IMG/VR virus record: IMGVR_UViG_3300023105_001349
Coordinates: 1-64,000 of that record
Length of the DNA stretch: 64,000 bases
Strand: one strand, 5' to 3'
Source: a virus
Lineage: Duplodnaviria; Caudoviricetes
Shown here: piece after piece, positions 39,792-48,335 of the stretch
How positions within the stretch are numbered: position 1 is the stretch's first letter
Layout: the number at the start of each line of letters is the position of its first letter
Notes under the pieces: model-generated
Seen by the model: only the letters and a program-made list of their open reading frames with translations
What the model was told of the DNA's origin: nothing
Database searches by the model: none
Position numbers and translations under genes: made by a program

Positions 39792-40856
39792 ATGCCATCT
39801 GTGGGTGATACAATACAAGCAACGGACTATAACAATTTACAAAGTAAAATCTCTCAAATTTTAGGTAATGGTCAAGTTACAGACAATTTTGGATATGGTC
39901 AATCAGTAGGAAGCAGCCAAGTTTCAGGTCCGGGTGCAAGTACACCAGGAGATACTGTAACCCATACACAACTTAGAGCGTTGTATGATGACATGGAAAC
40001 AGCTTGGATACACCAAAACGGAACATCTGGTGCTGCACTAGACACACTTTTAGCATATATCGATGCAACTGATGTAATTGGAGCAGATGCTACTGGTTCT
40101 GGTGTTACATATGCAACAGACGGTTCGTATACTATTGACAATTTAGATAATAAAGGTGGCATTAACGACTTCTCAACTGTAATGGCACTATTAGAAGCAG
40201 GACGTACTACAGTTGGCGCTGGTCAAACTGATACTGATTTAGCCGCAGAAACAGATTTTAGAGATACATCCTTTAATGGTGATGTTGATTCTGAATTTAC
40301 AGTAACATTTGCAAACGCAAATGAAAGACGTTACTTTTTTAATTCAGGCGGACAAATAACAATACAAGGAGCCGTTGATGCTGCAACTCTTGGTGTTGTT
40401 GGTGATGCTAGTTATGAAAGAAACTTAGGCTGGCAAAGCATGATTACCACTCCGGGTGTAATTAGAATGGGATTTAACTATACTACTTACGACGGACAAA
40501 GCACAAACCTTGATAAACCAGATGGCGAAATTGGCAACGATACATTAAGTTCTGTATATCAAACAATTATTAGAAGAACAGCCGCTGCTGGTGACTACTC
40601 AGATAGTTATTGGTCGGTACAGGCTAGAGTTCAAGACGCTGGTAGTAACACTGATCCGGCTATTTTAAGATTTAAAGTCCTTTTACATGACGATGGTCCA
40701 GAAACAGATGCAGACTTTGGAGCAAAAGGCGGTGTAGACGGCGGTGTTGTAGAACCAGTAACAATTGATATTGACTTTAATTTTGGATATAGACGCTCAA
40801 TTAATTCAGTAGATGTTACTGCACCATCAATTCTTCGTGTAAATACGTTCGAATAA
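39792..40856 (+). CDS. Virion structural protein (fibre/baseplate-associated), function unknown
   Basis: Last gene of the late module; own late promoter; acidic, Gly/Thr/Asp-rich. Confidence 0.55.
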   Translation: MPSVGDTIQATDYNNLQSKISQILGNGQVTDNFGYGQSVGSSQVSGPGASTPGDTVTHTQLRALYDDMETAWIHQNGTSGAALDTLLAYIDATDVIGADATGSGVTYATDGSYTIDNLDNKGGINDFSTVMALLEAGRTTVGAGQTDTDLAAETDFRDTSFNGDVDSEFTVTFANANERRYFFNSGGQITIQGAVDAATLGVVGDASYERNLGWQSMITTPGVIRMGFNYTTYDGQSTNLDKPDGEIGNDTLSSVYQTIIRRTAAAGDYSDSYWSVQARVQDAGSNTDPAILRFKVLLHDDGPETDADFGAKGGVDGGVVEPVTIDIDFNFGYRRSINSVDVTAPSILRVNTFE

Positions 40857-40859
40857 CAC

Positions 40860-40888
40860 TTGACAAACCATTAAATTTGTTATATAAT
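40860..40888 (+). promoter_or_regulatory. Consensus sigma70 promoter heading the enzyme cluster
   Basis: TTGACA 40860-40865, 17 nt, TATAAT 40883-40888; AGGAG SD 40898-40902. Confidence 0.85.
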
Positions 40889-40908
40889 ATACAAACTAGG
40901 AGTTTTGT

Positions 40909-41259
40909 ATGGATAACAGATTAAAAATGGCGTTGCATTTCTCAAACTACATGGCAACGTTAAACAACCAACGTAGAATTTTAAAAGAAAAATTTAAAAA
41001 CGACACCACTTACTACTTTAATGGTGGGCAGTTTACTATTGATAGATCTCTTATTGTGTATGTTAAAGATCTTTGCGATCAAAGCACTGTAGAAACTATT
41101 TTAATAGACGATAATCAAAATCCTATACAAGTATCTCCGTTATCAAATTTCCTAGAAGTTATTACTGACAAGTACAATAATGCAACTGCAACATATTTTA
41201 CAGAATATGATGCTCTAAGGAAAAATAGATCTGTGGAGAAACTTGTAGAGCATGAGTAA
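40909..41259 (+). CDS. Hypothetical protein, first gene of cluster
   Basis: Strong promoter and SD; overlap-coupled to the glycosyltransferase. Confidence 0.7.
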   Translation: MDNRLKMALHFSNYMATLNNQRRILKEKFKNDTTYYFNGGQFTIDRSLIVYVKDLCDQSTVETILIDDNQNPIQVSPLSNFLEVITDKYNNATATYFTEYDALRKNRSVEKLVEHE

Positions 41260-42097
41260 GGGTATCTTAACACTTGCATCAAACAATAGTGAATTTGATT
41301 ATTTGTTACAGGCACAGCAATTAGCAGAACGTGCATTAAAATACTTAGATTTACCTACTACTGTTGTTACAGATAAGTCATCTGTTGCAAATACTTCATG
41401 TAATCTATCTGTATTTGAAAATATAATTTATACAGACGAAGAATCTTTTGGAATTAGCAATCAACGAGAAATGTATGACGGCGATTACGGATTTAAAAAA
41501 GCACATTGGAAGAATGAAGCAAGACCTCTTGCTTACGATCTAACGCCATACGATGAAACTATACTAGTTGATACTGATATTGTAATTTGTAATAGTGATT
41601 GGAATATATGTTTTGACCAACCACACAATTTTATGATATACAAAGACTGTATAAATCTATCAGAGAATCATTGGCCTTATCAATATGAAAAATTAGGAGA
41701 AATAGGTCCAGACTTTTACTGGGCAAGTGTTGTATTTTTTAGAAAGACTGATGAAAATAAAATTTATTTTGATTTGTTAAAGCATATAAAAGAAGAATGG
41801 ATACATTATACTCATGTGTATTCTTTGCCATCTAAAAAATATAGAAGCGATTACGCTTTTAGTATTGCAATACACATTGTTAACGGATTTAAGAAAGGCG
41901 ACTTTGCTAAAAATATGCCAGGACAACTGTATTATATAACAGACAAAGGTATATTAAAAGAAATAGATAACGAGAATATGTTACTTTTAATTAATGATCC
42001 TACATACCCAAGAAAATTTACTGCTTGTAGAACTAAAAAAATGAATGTTCATGTTATGAATAAGTTTAGTTTGGAGAGGTGCTTATGCGAGGAATAG
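41252..42097 (+). CDS. GT-A glycosyltransferase (GT8-like)
   Basis: YDLTPYDETILVDTDIV (DxD), YWASVVFFRK, SDYAFSIA. Confidence 0.75.
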   Translation: MSKGILTLASNNSEFDYLLQAQQLAERALKYLDLPTTVVTDKSSVANTSCNLSVFENIIYTDEESFGISNQREMYDGDYGFKKAHWKNEARPLAYDLTPYDETILVDTDIVICNSDWNICFDQPHNFMIYKDCINLSENHWPYQYEKLGEIGPDFYWASVVFFRKTDENKIYFDLLKHIKEEWIHYTHVYSLPSKKYRSDYAFSIAIHIVNGFKKGDFAKNMPGQLYYITDKGILKEIDNENMLLLINDPTYPRKFTACRTKKMNVHVMNKFSLERCLCEE

Positions 42098-42831
42098 TAT
42101 TGTATGCATCTGGCGAAAAGTACGAAGAACAAGCAGAGCTTTGTGCATCTAGCATTCGTAAACACAATAAAGAAATTAGTATTACTACAGTTATAGAAAC
42201 GGACACTGGTAGATTTGCAACTGATGGTAGATGTAACATATATCAAGAATCAATATATGATGAAACTATTGTTTTAGATACTGACACATTAGTATTAGAT
42301 AACTTAGATTATGTTTGGGAGTGTTTATCGCAGCAAGACATTTACTATACTACAAAAGCATTTACCTTTAGAGGCGATGTTATTAACGACACGTTTTATA
42401 GAAAAACATTTATTAAAAATAATTTACCTAATGTGTACAATGCATTTTACTATTTTAAAAAATCTAAAGCAGCAGATGAGTTTTATAAAGTACAAAAAGA
42501 AGTAAACGATAACTGGAAAGATGTGTATGCAGAGTTTTGTCCGTTTCACACTCCTACTAAACCTAGTATGGATGTTAACACTGCTATTACTAGTTTAATT
42601 ACAGGAACAAATTTTTATAAAAGCAATATTCCACATCTAGTACACATGAAACCTAGAATACAAGGATGGGAAAATAATCCAGAGCACTGGCAAGATAAGG
42701 TTGGTGTTTATTTAACAGACGATTGTGAATTGTTTATTGGTAATAATAAACAACACGGTATATTTCATTATACAGAAAATGATTTTGTAACCAAAGAAAA
42801 GGTAAGGAAGTATCAATGTCAGAACAGTTAA
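42085..42831 (+). CDS. GT-A glycosyltransferase (GT8-like); likely ATG 42085 (track start 42079)
   Basis: IYQESIYDETIVLDTDTL (DxD), LPNVYNAFYYFKK, VHMKP; paralogous to preceding gene. Confidence 0.75.
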   Translation: MRGIVLYASGEKYEEQAELCASSIRKHNKEISITTVIETDTGRFATDGRCNIYQESIYDETIVLDTDTLVLDNLDYVWECLSQQDIYYTTKAFTFRGDVINDTFYRKTFIKNNLPNVYNAFYYFKKSKAADEFYKVQKEVNDNWKDVYAEFCPFHTPTKPSMDVNTAITSLITGTNFYKSNIPHLVHMKPRIQGWENNPEHWQDKVGVYLTDDCELFIGNNKQHGIFHYTENDFVTKEKVRKYQCQNS

Positions 42832-43352
42832 TGTACTTGTGTTGGAACGACAAAGGTTCTATTACAAGAATGTCCGGACAAGAAATTCCTAATTCTATTG
42901 CAGTGCCTATTAAAGCAATAGAAGATGTTGTATTAGGTAAAGAAAATATTTCAAAATATAAAATTAAATTTAATACAGAAGAAAAGAAGTATGAACTAGT
43001 AGACGATGAAAATTTTGAATTAATGACTTTTAGAATAAAAGACAGTATTCATAAAATTAATCCAAATACAGTTAGCGATTACGATTTTAAAATTGTACAA
43101 GATACAAAAAATAAAACGTGGACATTTAAATTAGTACAAGAATTAAATGTTGTACTTGATAAAGATCTTTGGTTTGCGTGTACACAAAAAGACAACCCTA
43201 ATATTGTGTTAAGAACGTTTTTTGTTAATCTAAAAGAACTTACTGAAAACGAAATAACAGTAGGTTTCATTAATGACAAAGAAGAGTCTAATAAAGATGT
43301 AAGTATCTTTACAGCCAAGGCATTTGATAGATATAGTTACATACAGGTATAA
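42816..43352 (+). CDS. Hypothetical protein in glycosyltransferase operon
   Basis: Overlapping neighbours on both sides; no recognisable motif. Confidence 0.6.
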   Translation: MSEQLMYLCWNDKGSITRMSGQEIPNSIAVPIKAIEDVVLGKENISKYKIKFNTEEKKYELVDDENFELMTFRIKDSIHKINPNTVSDYDFKIVQDTKNKTWTFKLVQELNVVLDKDLWFACTQKDNPNIVLRTFFVNLKELTENEITVGFINDKEESNKDVSIFTAKAFDRYSYIQV

Positions 43353-43353
43353 A

Positions 43354-44958
43354 ATGAAAGTAGTAGATTACGATATAATTTATTTAAGTTACGATGAACC
43401 TAATGCAGAGAAGAATTATGCAGATCTTCTTACTAAAGTTCCGTGGGCAAAACGTGTACACGGTGTAGAAGGCTCAGATGCTGCACATAAGGCTTGTGCT
43501 GATTTAAGCGAAACAGATAGACTAATTGTAATAGACGGCGATAATGTTATTAATCAAGAATTTGTTAATCAAGAGTTTGAAGTAGATCCTAATGTAGATC
43601 TAAGTAGAAGTGTACTCAGTTGGACGGCTAAAAATATTATTAACGGCTTAGAATACGGCAACGGCGGTATTAAAAGTTGGCCAAAAGATGTACTGCTAAA
43701 CATGCGTACACACGAAAATGCTCCACCTGATAATATACAAGCTCAAGTAGAATTTTGTTGGGATATTAATTATTATCATATGGAAGGCTGTTATAGTACA
43801 GTACTTAATAATGAAACACCGCAGCAAGCATGGAGAGCAGGTTTCCGTGAAGGTGTCAAAATGGCATTAAAAGAAGGCAGAAAAGTTTCACCTTTAGATT
43901 TTAAAAAATTACATCAAGGCAATTTAGATAGACTGTATATTTGGACAATGGTAGGCTCAGATGTTGATAATGGACTATGGGCAATCTACGGAGCAAGACA
44001 AGGCTTGTATATGACAATGTGTACAGACTGGGATTATGTTAATGTTCGTGATTTTACATATCTAAATAATATGTGGGAAAACGAAAGAATTAAAGAAGAT
44101 GAATTGCTAATACATATACAAGCACTAGGTAATGATTTAATTAGTCAGTTAGATATTCCTATTGATCCTAACCCTTTGCTGCCAGGACAAAGTAAGTTCT
44201 TTAAGCAAGTATATACTAACCCAGCAAGAGCAAAAATGAAGCAAGCATCATTATCTGCTAGAAGTATTAGTAACTATGATATTGTGTTTATCAGTTATAA
44301 TGAACCTAACGCTGAAAAGAATTGGGAATTATTAAAACATAGATTTCCAAGAGCGCAACGTGTACACGGTGTAAAAGGTATTCACCAAGCACACATTGAA
44401 GCAGCAAAATTATCTAAAACGCCAATGACTTGGATTGTTGATGGTGATGCAGTAATTAAGGATAATTTTAATTTTGATTACTATGTAGACATAAAAGATT
44501 ATGATGTTGTTCATGTTTGGAGAAGCGAGAATAAAGTTAAAGGATTAGAATACGGCTATGGCGGTGTAAAATTATTCCCTACAGAATTAACTTTGAATAT
44601 GGATATTAGTAAGCCAGACATGACTACTAGCATCAGCAGAAAATTTAAACCTGTAAAAGAAGTAGCAAACATAACAGAATTTAATACAGATCCGTTCAAC
44701 GCCTGGAAGAGTGCGTTTAGAGAATGTGCAAAATTATCTTCTAAAATTATTGATAGACAGAAAGATGATGAAACAGATATTCGCTTAGATGTATGGACAA
44801 GTGATACTGGCAATAATGAACCTTTTGGTGATTATGTTACTCAAGGTGCAAGAGCCGGTAGAGAGTACGGTACTGCTAATCGCGGTAATGTAGACGCACT
44901 AAAAATGATAAACAACTTTGATTGGTTAAAGGAAAAATTTAATGCTAGAACCATTTGA
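43354..44958 (+). CDS. Tandem two-domain glycosyltransferase-like protein (likely ATG 43354; track start 43324)
   Basis: Two homologous halves: YDI..SY.EPNAEKN...RVHGV.G...AH...(V/I)DGD and G(N/Y)GG(I/V)K...AW..(G/A)FRE. Confidence 0.7.
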   Translation: MKVVDYDIIYLSYDEPNAEKNYADLLTKVPWAKRVHGVEGSDAAHKACADLSETDRLIVIDGDNVINQEFVNQEFEVDPNVDLSRSVLSWTAKNIINGLEYGNGGIKSWPKDVLLNMRTHENAPPDNIQAQVEFCWDINYYHMEGCYSTVLNNETPQQAWRAGFREGVKMALKEGRKVSPLDFKKLHQGNLDRLYIWTMVGSDVDNGLWAIYGARQGLYMTMCTDWDYVNVRDFTYLNNMWENERIKEDELLIHIQALGNDLISQLDIPIDPNPLLPGQSKFFKQVYTNPARAKMKQASLSARSISNYDIVFISYNEPNAEKNWELLKHRFPRAQRVHGVKGIHQAHIEAAKLSKTPMTWIVDGDAVIKDNFNFDYYVDIKDYDVVHVWRSENKVKGLEYGYGGVKLFPTELTLNMDISKPDMTTSISRKFKPVKEVANITEFNTDPFNAWKSAFRECAKLSSKIIDRQKDDETDIRLDVWTSDTGNNEPFGDYVTQGARAGREYGTANRGNVDALKMINNFDWLKEKFNARTI

Positions 44959-45985
44959 GTTATTAGATAGATTTGAATTGCTATACAACAATAATGTTGC
45001 TTTAGCTGATCTACGACGAGCATATATTGATAAAGATATTAGTTCAATAATGCGTTTAGCTCATGCAGACGAAGATGTAAGAAAAGCAGTAGTTGATAAA
45101 AATAAGCACAGTATTTTTAGATTACTTGGCAGTGGGTCGTTTGTTGGCGACATAGAAGATTTAAGAAAGTTTACACTAACAGATAATTTACATTCTTTGT
45201 TCAGACTTGTTAAAAATGACGAGTTGCGTAAAGCAGTAATTGAAGAAAATTTATATAGCATATTTAAATTTGCACCAGATGAAGATTTACGAAAATTAGT
45301 AATACAAGATAATAGATGGAAACTTTGGCCAGTATTGTCTAGGTACACAGATACACAATTTGTTGAAGCATTTAAAAATTTATTTGCTAACGAAATAGAA
45401 TACGATAAAGATTGTTTTAGTAGAGGACAGTTAAAAAGTAAACTGTGGTTGGTTGAAGAACTATCTAAACTAAATCAAAGTTTAGGAACAGTATATCTTT
45501 GTGCAGGTTGGTATTCTACATTAGCAACTATGTTATTTGAATCTAAAATAAATGTTGACAAAATTAGAAGTTTTGATATAGATGAATCGTGTGTTTCAAT
45601 TGCAGAAGTTATGAACAAGCCTTGGGTTTTAGACAAATGGAAGTTTAAAGCAACAACTAAAGATATTCATAATATTAATTTTAATATGCACTCTTATGTT
45701 ACAAAAAATTCTAAAGGTGAAGAAACAAAAGTTGTAGAATCACCTGATACTATTATTAACACAAGTTGTGAGCATATTGAAAACTTTGCAGAATGGTATA
45801 ATAAAATTCCTAAAAATAAATTAGTTATATTACAAAGTAACAATTACTTTGAAATTGAGGATCACATTAACTGTTCTAAATCACTAGAAGAATTTAGTGA
45901 AACTGCTCCTATGTCAAATGTTTTATATGAAGGACGTCTAGACTTAGGACAATACATAAGGTATATGAAAATTGGAATTAGATAA
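44942..45985 (+). CDS. Class I SAM-dependent methyltransferase with N-terminal helical repeats
   Basis: VYLCAGWY (motif I), IRSFDID, INTSCEH, VILQSNNY. Confidence 0.75.
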   Translation: MLEPFELLDRFELLYNNNVALADLRRAYIDKDISSIMRLAHADEDVRKAVVDKNKHSIFRLLGSGSFVGDIEDLRKFTLTDNLHSLFRLVKNDELRKAVIEENLYSIFKFAPDEDLRKLVIQDNRWKLWPVLSRYTDTQFVEAFKNLFANEIEYDKDCFSRGQLKSKLWLVEELSKLNQSLGTVYLCAGWYSTLATMLFESKINVDKIRSFDIDESCVSIAEVMNKPWVLDKWKFKATTKDIHNINFNMHSYVTKNSKGEETKVVESPDTIINTSCEHIENFAEWYNKIPKNKLVILQSNNYFEIEDHINCSKSLEEFSETAPMSNVLYEGRLDLGQYIRYMKIGIR

Positions 45986-46196
45986 TTTAACATTGCGCGA
46001 GTTACAAACAGAGAGTGCAAGAGCTCTGAGTACCATGCAGGCTACAAATAATAATATATTTCAATTTAATAAACAAGCACACCATAATAGTCATAATTGG
46101 TATAAGGCTGTAATTACATGGTATGTAGAACAATACGGAGATTTGCCTAGCAAAGCAGGTCCGGGCAAAGATGTAGAATTGGTTTATAATGTATAG
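45972..46196 (+). CDS. 74-aa protein directly upstream of the radical SAM array
   Basis: Overlaps both neighbours; phage-like codon usage. Confidence 0.7.
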   Translation: MELDNLTLRELQTESARALSTMQATNNNIFQFNKQAHHNSHNWYKAVITWYVEQYGDLPSKAGPGKDVELVYNV

Positions 46197-47274
46197 ATAT
46201 CAAGACATAAAAGAAGTACATTTAGAAATTACGCAACGCTGTCAAGCGGCTTGTCCTATGTGCGATAGAAATTGTAATGGTGGCCCTGATAATCCGCATA
46301 TTACAAATGCAGAACTTACTCTTGAAGATTGTAAGCGTATCTTCAAACCAGACTTTATTAAACAACTTAAAACAATGTATATGTGTGGTAACTTAGGTGA
46401 TCCTATTGTTGCTAAAGATACACTAGAAGTATTTGAATATTTTAGAGAACACAATCCTACAATGTGGTTGAGTATGAATACAAATGCAGGAGCACGAGAT
46501 GAAGATTGGTGGAGATCACTTGCGAGAGTTTTTGGCAGATATGGTGCTGTTATTTTTAGCGTGGACGGGTTGGCTGATACTAATCACATATATCGTCAAG
46601 GTGTTAATTGGAGCATAGTAGAGCGCAGTGCGAAAGCATTTATAGATGCTGGCGGCAGAGCTCGCTGGGATTTTATTGTGTTTGAACATAACGAACATCA
46701 AGTTGAAAGAGCAGAAGAATTATCAAAGCAATACGGCTTTGAAAGATTTGTAGCAAAAAAGACAGGACGTTTTTATAGTACAGCACAACTTACAGGCAAG
46801 GAAACACATCAAGCAATTAATCGCAAAGGTGAAGAAACAGCAGAACTTGCAAAACCTAAAAAACAAGAATATATCAATCTTGCTCTTTTAAAAGAAGAAG
46901 AAATAACTAAAACTTATGGTAGCATGGAACAATACTATAACAAGTGTAGCATTGATTGTAAAGTTGCCAAACAGGGTAGTATTTTTATTACAGCAGAAGG
47001 ACTATTAATGCCTTGCTGTTGGACTGCTGGACGTATGTATAAATGGTGGCATCCTGATTATCGTGTAGAACAAATTTGGGATCACATTGACAACGCTGGA
47101 GGTAAAGAAGGTATTGATGTAATTAATAAAGATCTTGAAACTGTAATGAATGGTACACTATTAAAAGGTATACAAGACAGTTGGAATATTGACGGAATTA
47201 AAAACGGTAAACTAGGTGTATGTGCAATGAAGTGCGGAACAGAGTTTGACCCATATACGGAACAGTTTAAATGA
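46189..47274 (+). CDS. Radical SAM enzyme with C-terminal SPASM/twitch domain
   Basis: CQAACPMC (CxxxCxxC), CGNLGDP, TNAG, FSVDG; C-terminal C..IFITAEGLLMPCC...C..KC. Confidence 0.9.
   Translation: MYRYQDIKEVHLEITQRCQAACPMCDRNCNGGPDNPHITNAELTLEDCKRIFKPDFIKQLKTMYMCGNLGDPIVAKDTLEVFEYFREHNPTMWLSMNTNAGARDEDWWRSLARVFGRYGAVIFSVDGLADTNHIYRQGVNWSIVERSAKAFIDAGGRARWDFIVFEHNEHQVERAEELSKQYGFERFVAKKTGRFYSTAQLTGKETHQAINRKGEETAELAKPKKQEYINLALLKEEEITKTYGSMEQYYNKCSIDCKVAKQGSIFITAEGLLMPCCWTAGRMYKWWHPDYRVEQIWDHIDNAGGKEGIDVINKDLETVMNGTLLKGIQDSWNIDGIKNGKLGVCAMKCGTEFDPYTEQFK
46499..46618 (+). CDS. Candidate nested 39-aa membrane peptide (+1 frame within radical SAM gene)
   Basis: AGGAG 46488-46492, ATG 6 nt later; MKIGGDHLREFLADMVLLFLAWTGWLILITYIVKVLIGA; lies in a GC-enriched patch. 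Confidence 0.35.
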   Translation: MKIGGDHLREFLADMVLLFLAWTGWLILITYIVKVLIGA

Positions 47275-48323
47275 TTAATAAGATTGAATTAGAAATTACT
47301 AGTGATTGTAATGCAGCCTGCCCAGGATGTGCTAGAACACTTAATCCTGATAAGTTAAAAATACAAAGTTTTACATATCATGATATTTTAAGATTATTCC
47401 CTACTGAAGCAGATATTCGCGGTAAAGAATTTAAATTTTGCGGAGTATTAGGAGATCCTGCTCTTAATGTTGAATGTGTTAAGATGGTAGATTACCTAGT
47501 TACTAACGGAGCATATTGTGAACTAAGCACAAATGGCGGTTATCAAACTGCTGACTGGTGGCGTAGTTTAGGCAACATCGCAGCAGAATATCCTGGTAGA
47601 GTGTATATACATTTTTGTGTTGACGGACATAAAGAAACTAATCATATCTATCGTGTTAATACAAAGTTTAATATTATTGAACGTAATATGAAAGCGTTCT
47701 CTGATGCTGCACCTAAAAATAGTGCATCTTGGATCTATATTGTATTTGATCACAATGAGCATGAATTAGAAGCAGCAAAAGAACATGCAGCCAAGTTAAA
47801 TTTTGAATTTGCTACACGAACAGGTATGCGTAACAGTTACCATGATTGGGTAGCACAATTAGGTAAAAAGAACAATAAACAGGAAAAGGTTATTACAACT
47901 ACAGGTGCTAAAGAACATAGTAAAAAAGAAGTTGTAAAAGAACTTGATAAGTTTATTGAAGAATACAAAACAACACAAGTTGATGAAGATAAAATTAAAG
48001 CAGTTACTGATAGTATTGTTTGCAAATATATTCACGAAGGTGAAATCTTTATTGCAAGCGATCTTACTATGTGGCCTTGCTGTTTCCTTTGGGATAGTGC
48101 TTTTAAAAATAAAGAAGACATTGTAAACAAGTTAGCACAATTTGAACCAAATTGGAATAGTTTAAAACACCATTCTATACAAGAAGTTATGCAACATGAG
48201 TGGTATAGCAAGTTATTAGGTGCAAGTTGGCACCCTTATCATAGTATGCATTTTGCTAGATGTATTAAGACATGTGCAAAAAATAAAGCATATCACAACG
48301 AAATAAACTACACAGTTAATTAG
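47271..48323 (+). CDS. Radical SAM enzyme with C-terminal SPASM/twitch domain
   Basis: CNAACPGC, CGVLGDP, STNGG, FCVDG; IFIASDLTMWPCC...CIKTC; paralogue of 46189. Confidence 0.9.
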   Translation: MINKIELEITSDCNAACPGCARTLNPDKLKIQSFTYHDILRLFPTEADIRGKEFKFCGVLGDPALNVECVKMVDYLVTNGAYCELSTNGGYQTADWWRSLGNIAAEYPGRVYIHFCVDGHKETNHIYRVNTKFNIIERNMKAFSDAAPKNSASWIYIVFDHNEHELEAAKEHAAKLNFEFATRTGMRNSYHDWVAQLGKKNNKQEKVITTTGAKEHSKKEVVKELDKFIEEYKTTQVDEDKIKAVTDSIVCKYIHEGEIFIASDLTMWPCCFLWDSAFKNKEDIVNKLAQFEPNWNSLKHHSIQEVMQHEWYSKLLGASWHPYHSMHFARCIKTCAKNKAYHNEINYTVN

Positions 48324-48335
48324 GTAAGTATTAAT

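Noticed and set aside
1701-40162. Many 60-150 aa antisense ORFs over gp46, hub, giant gene and fibres
   Set aside because: Shadow ORFs of long genes; no SD, motifs or compositional anomaly noticed
30933-40856. Diversity-generating retroelement acting on fibre tips
   Set aside because: No reverse transcriptase and no near-identical template/variable repeat pair seen
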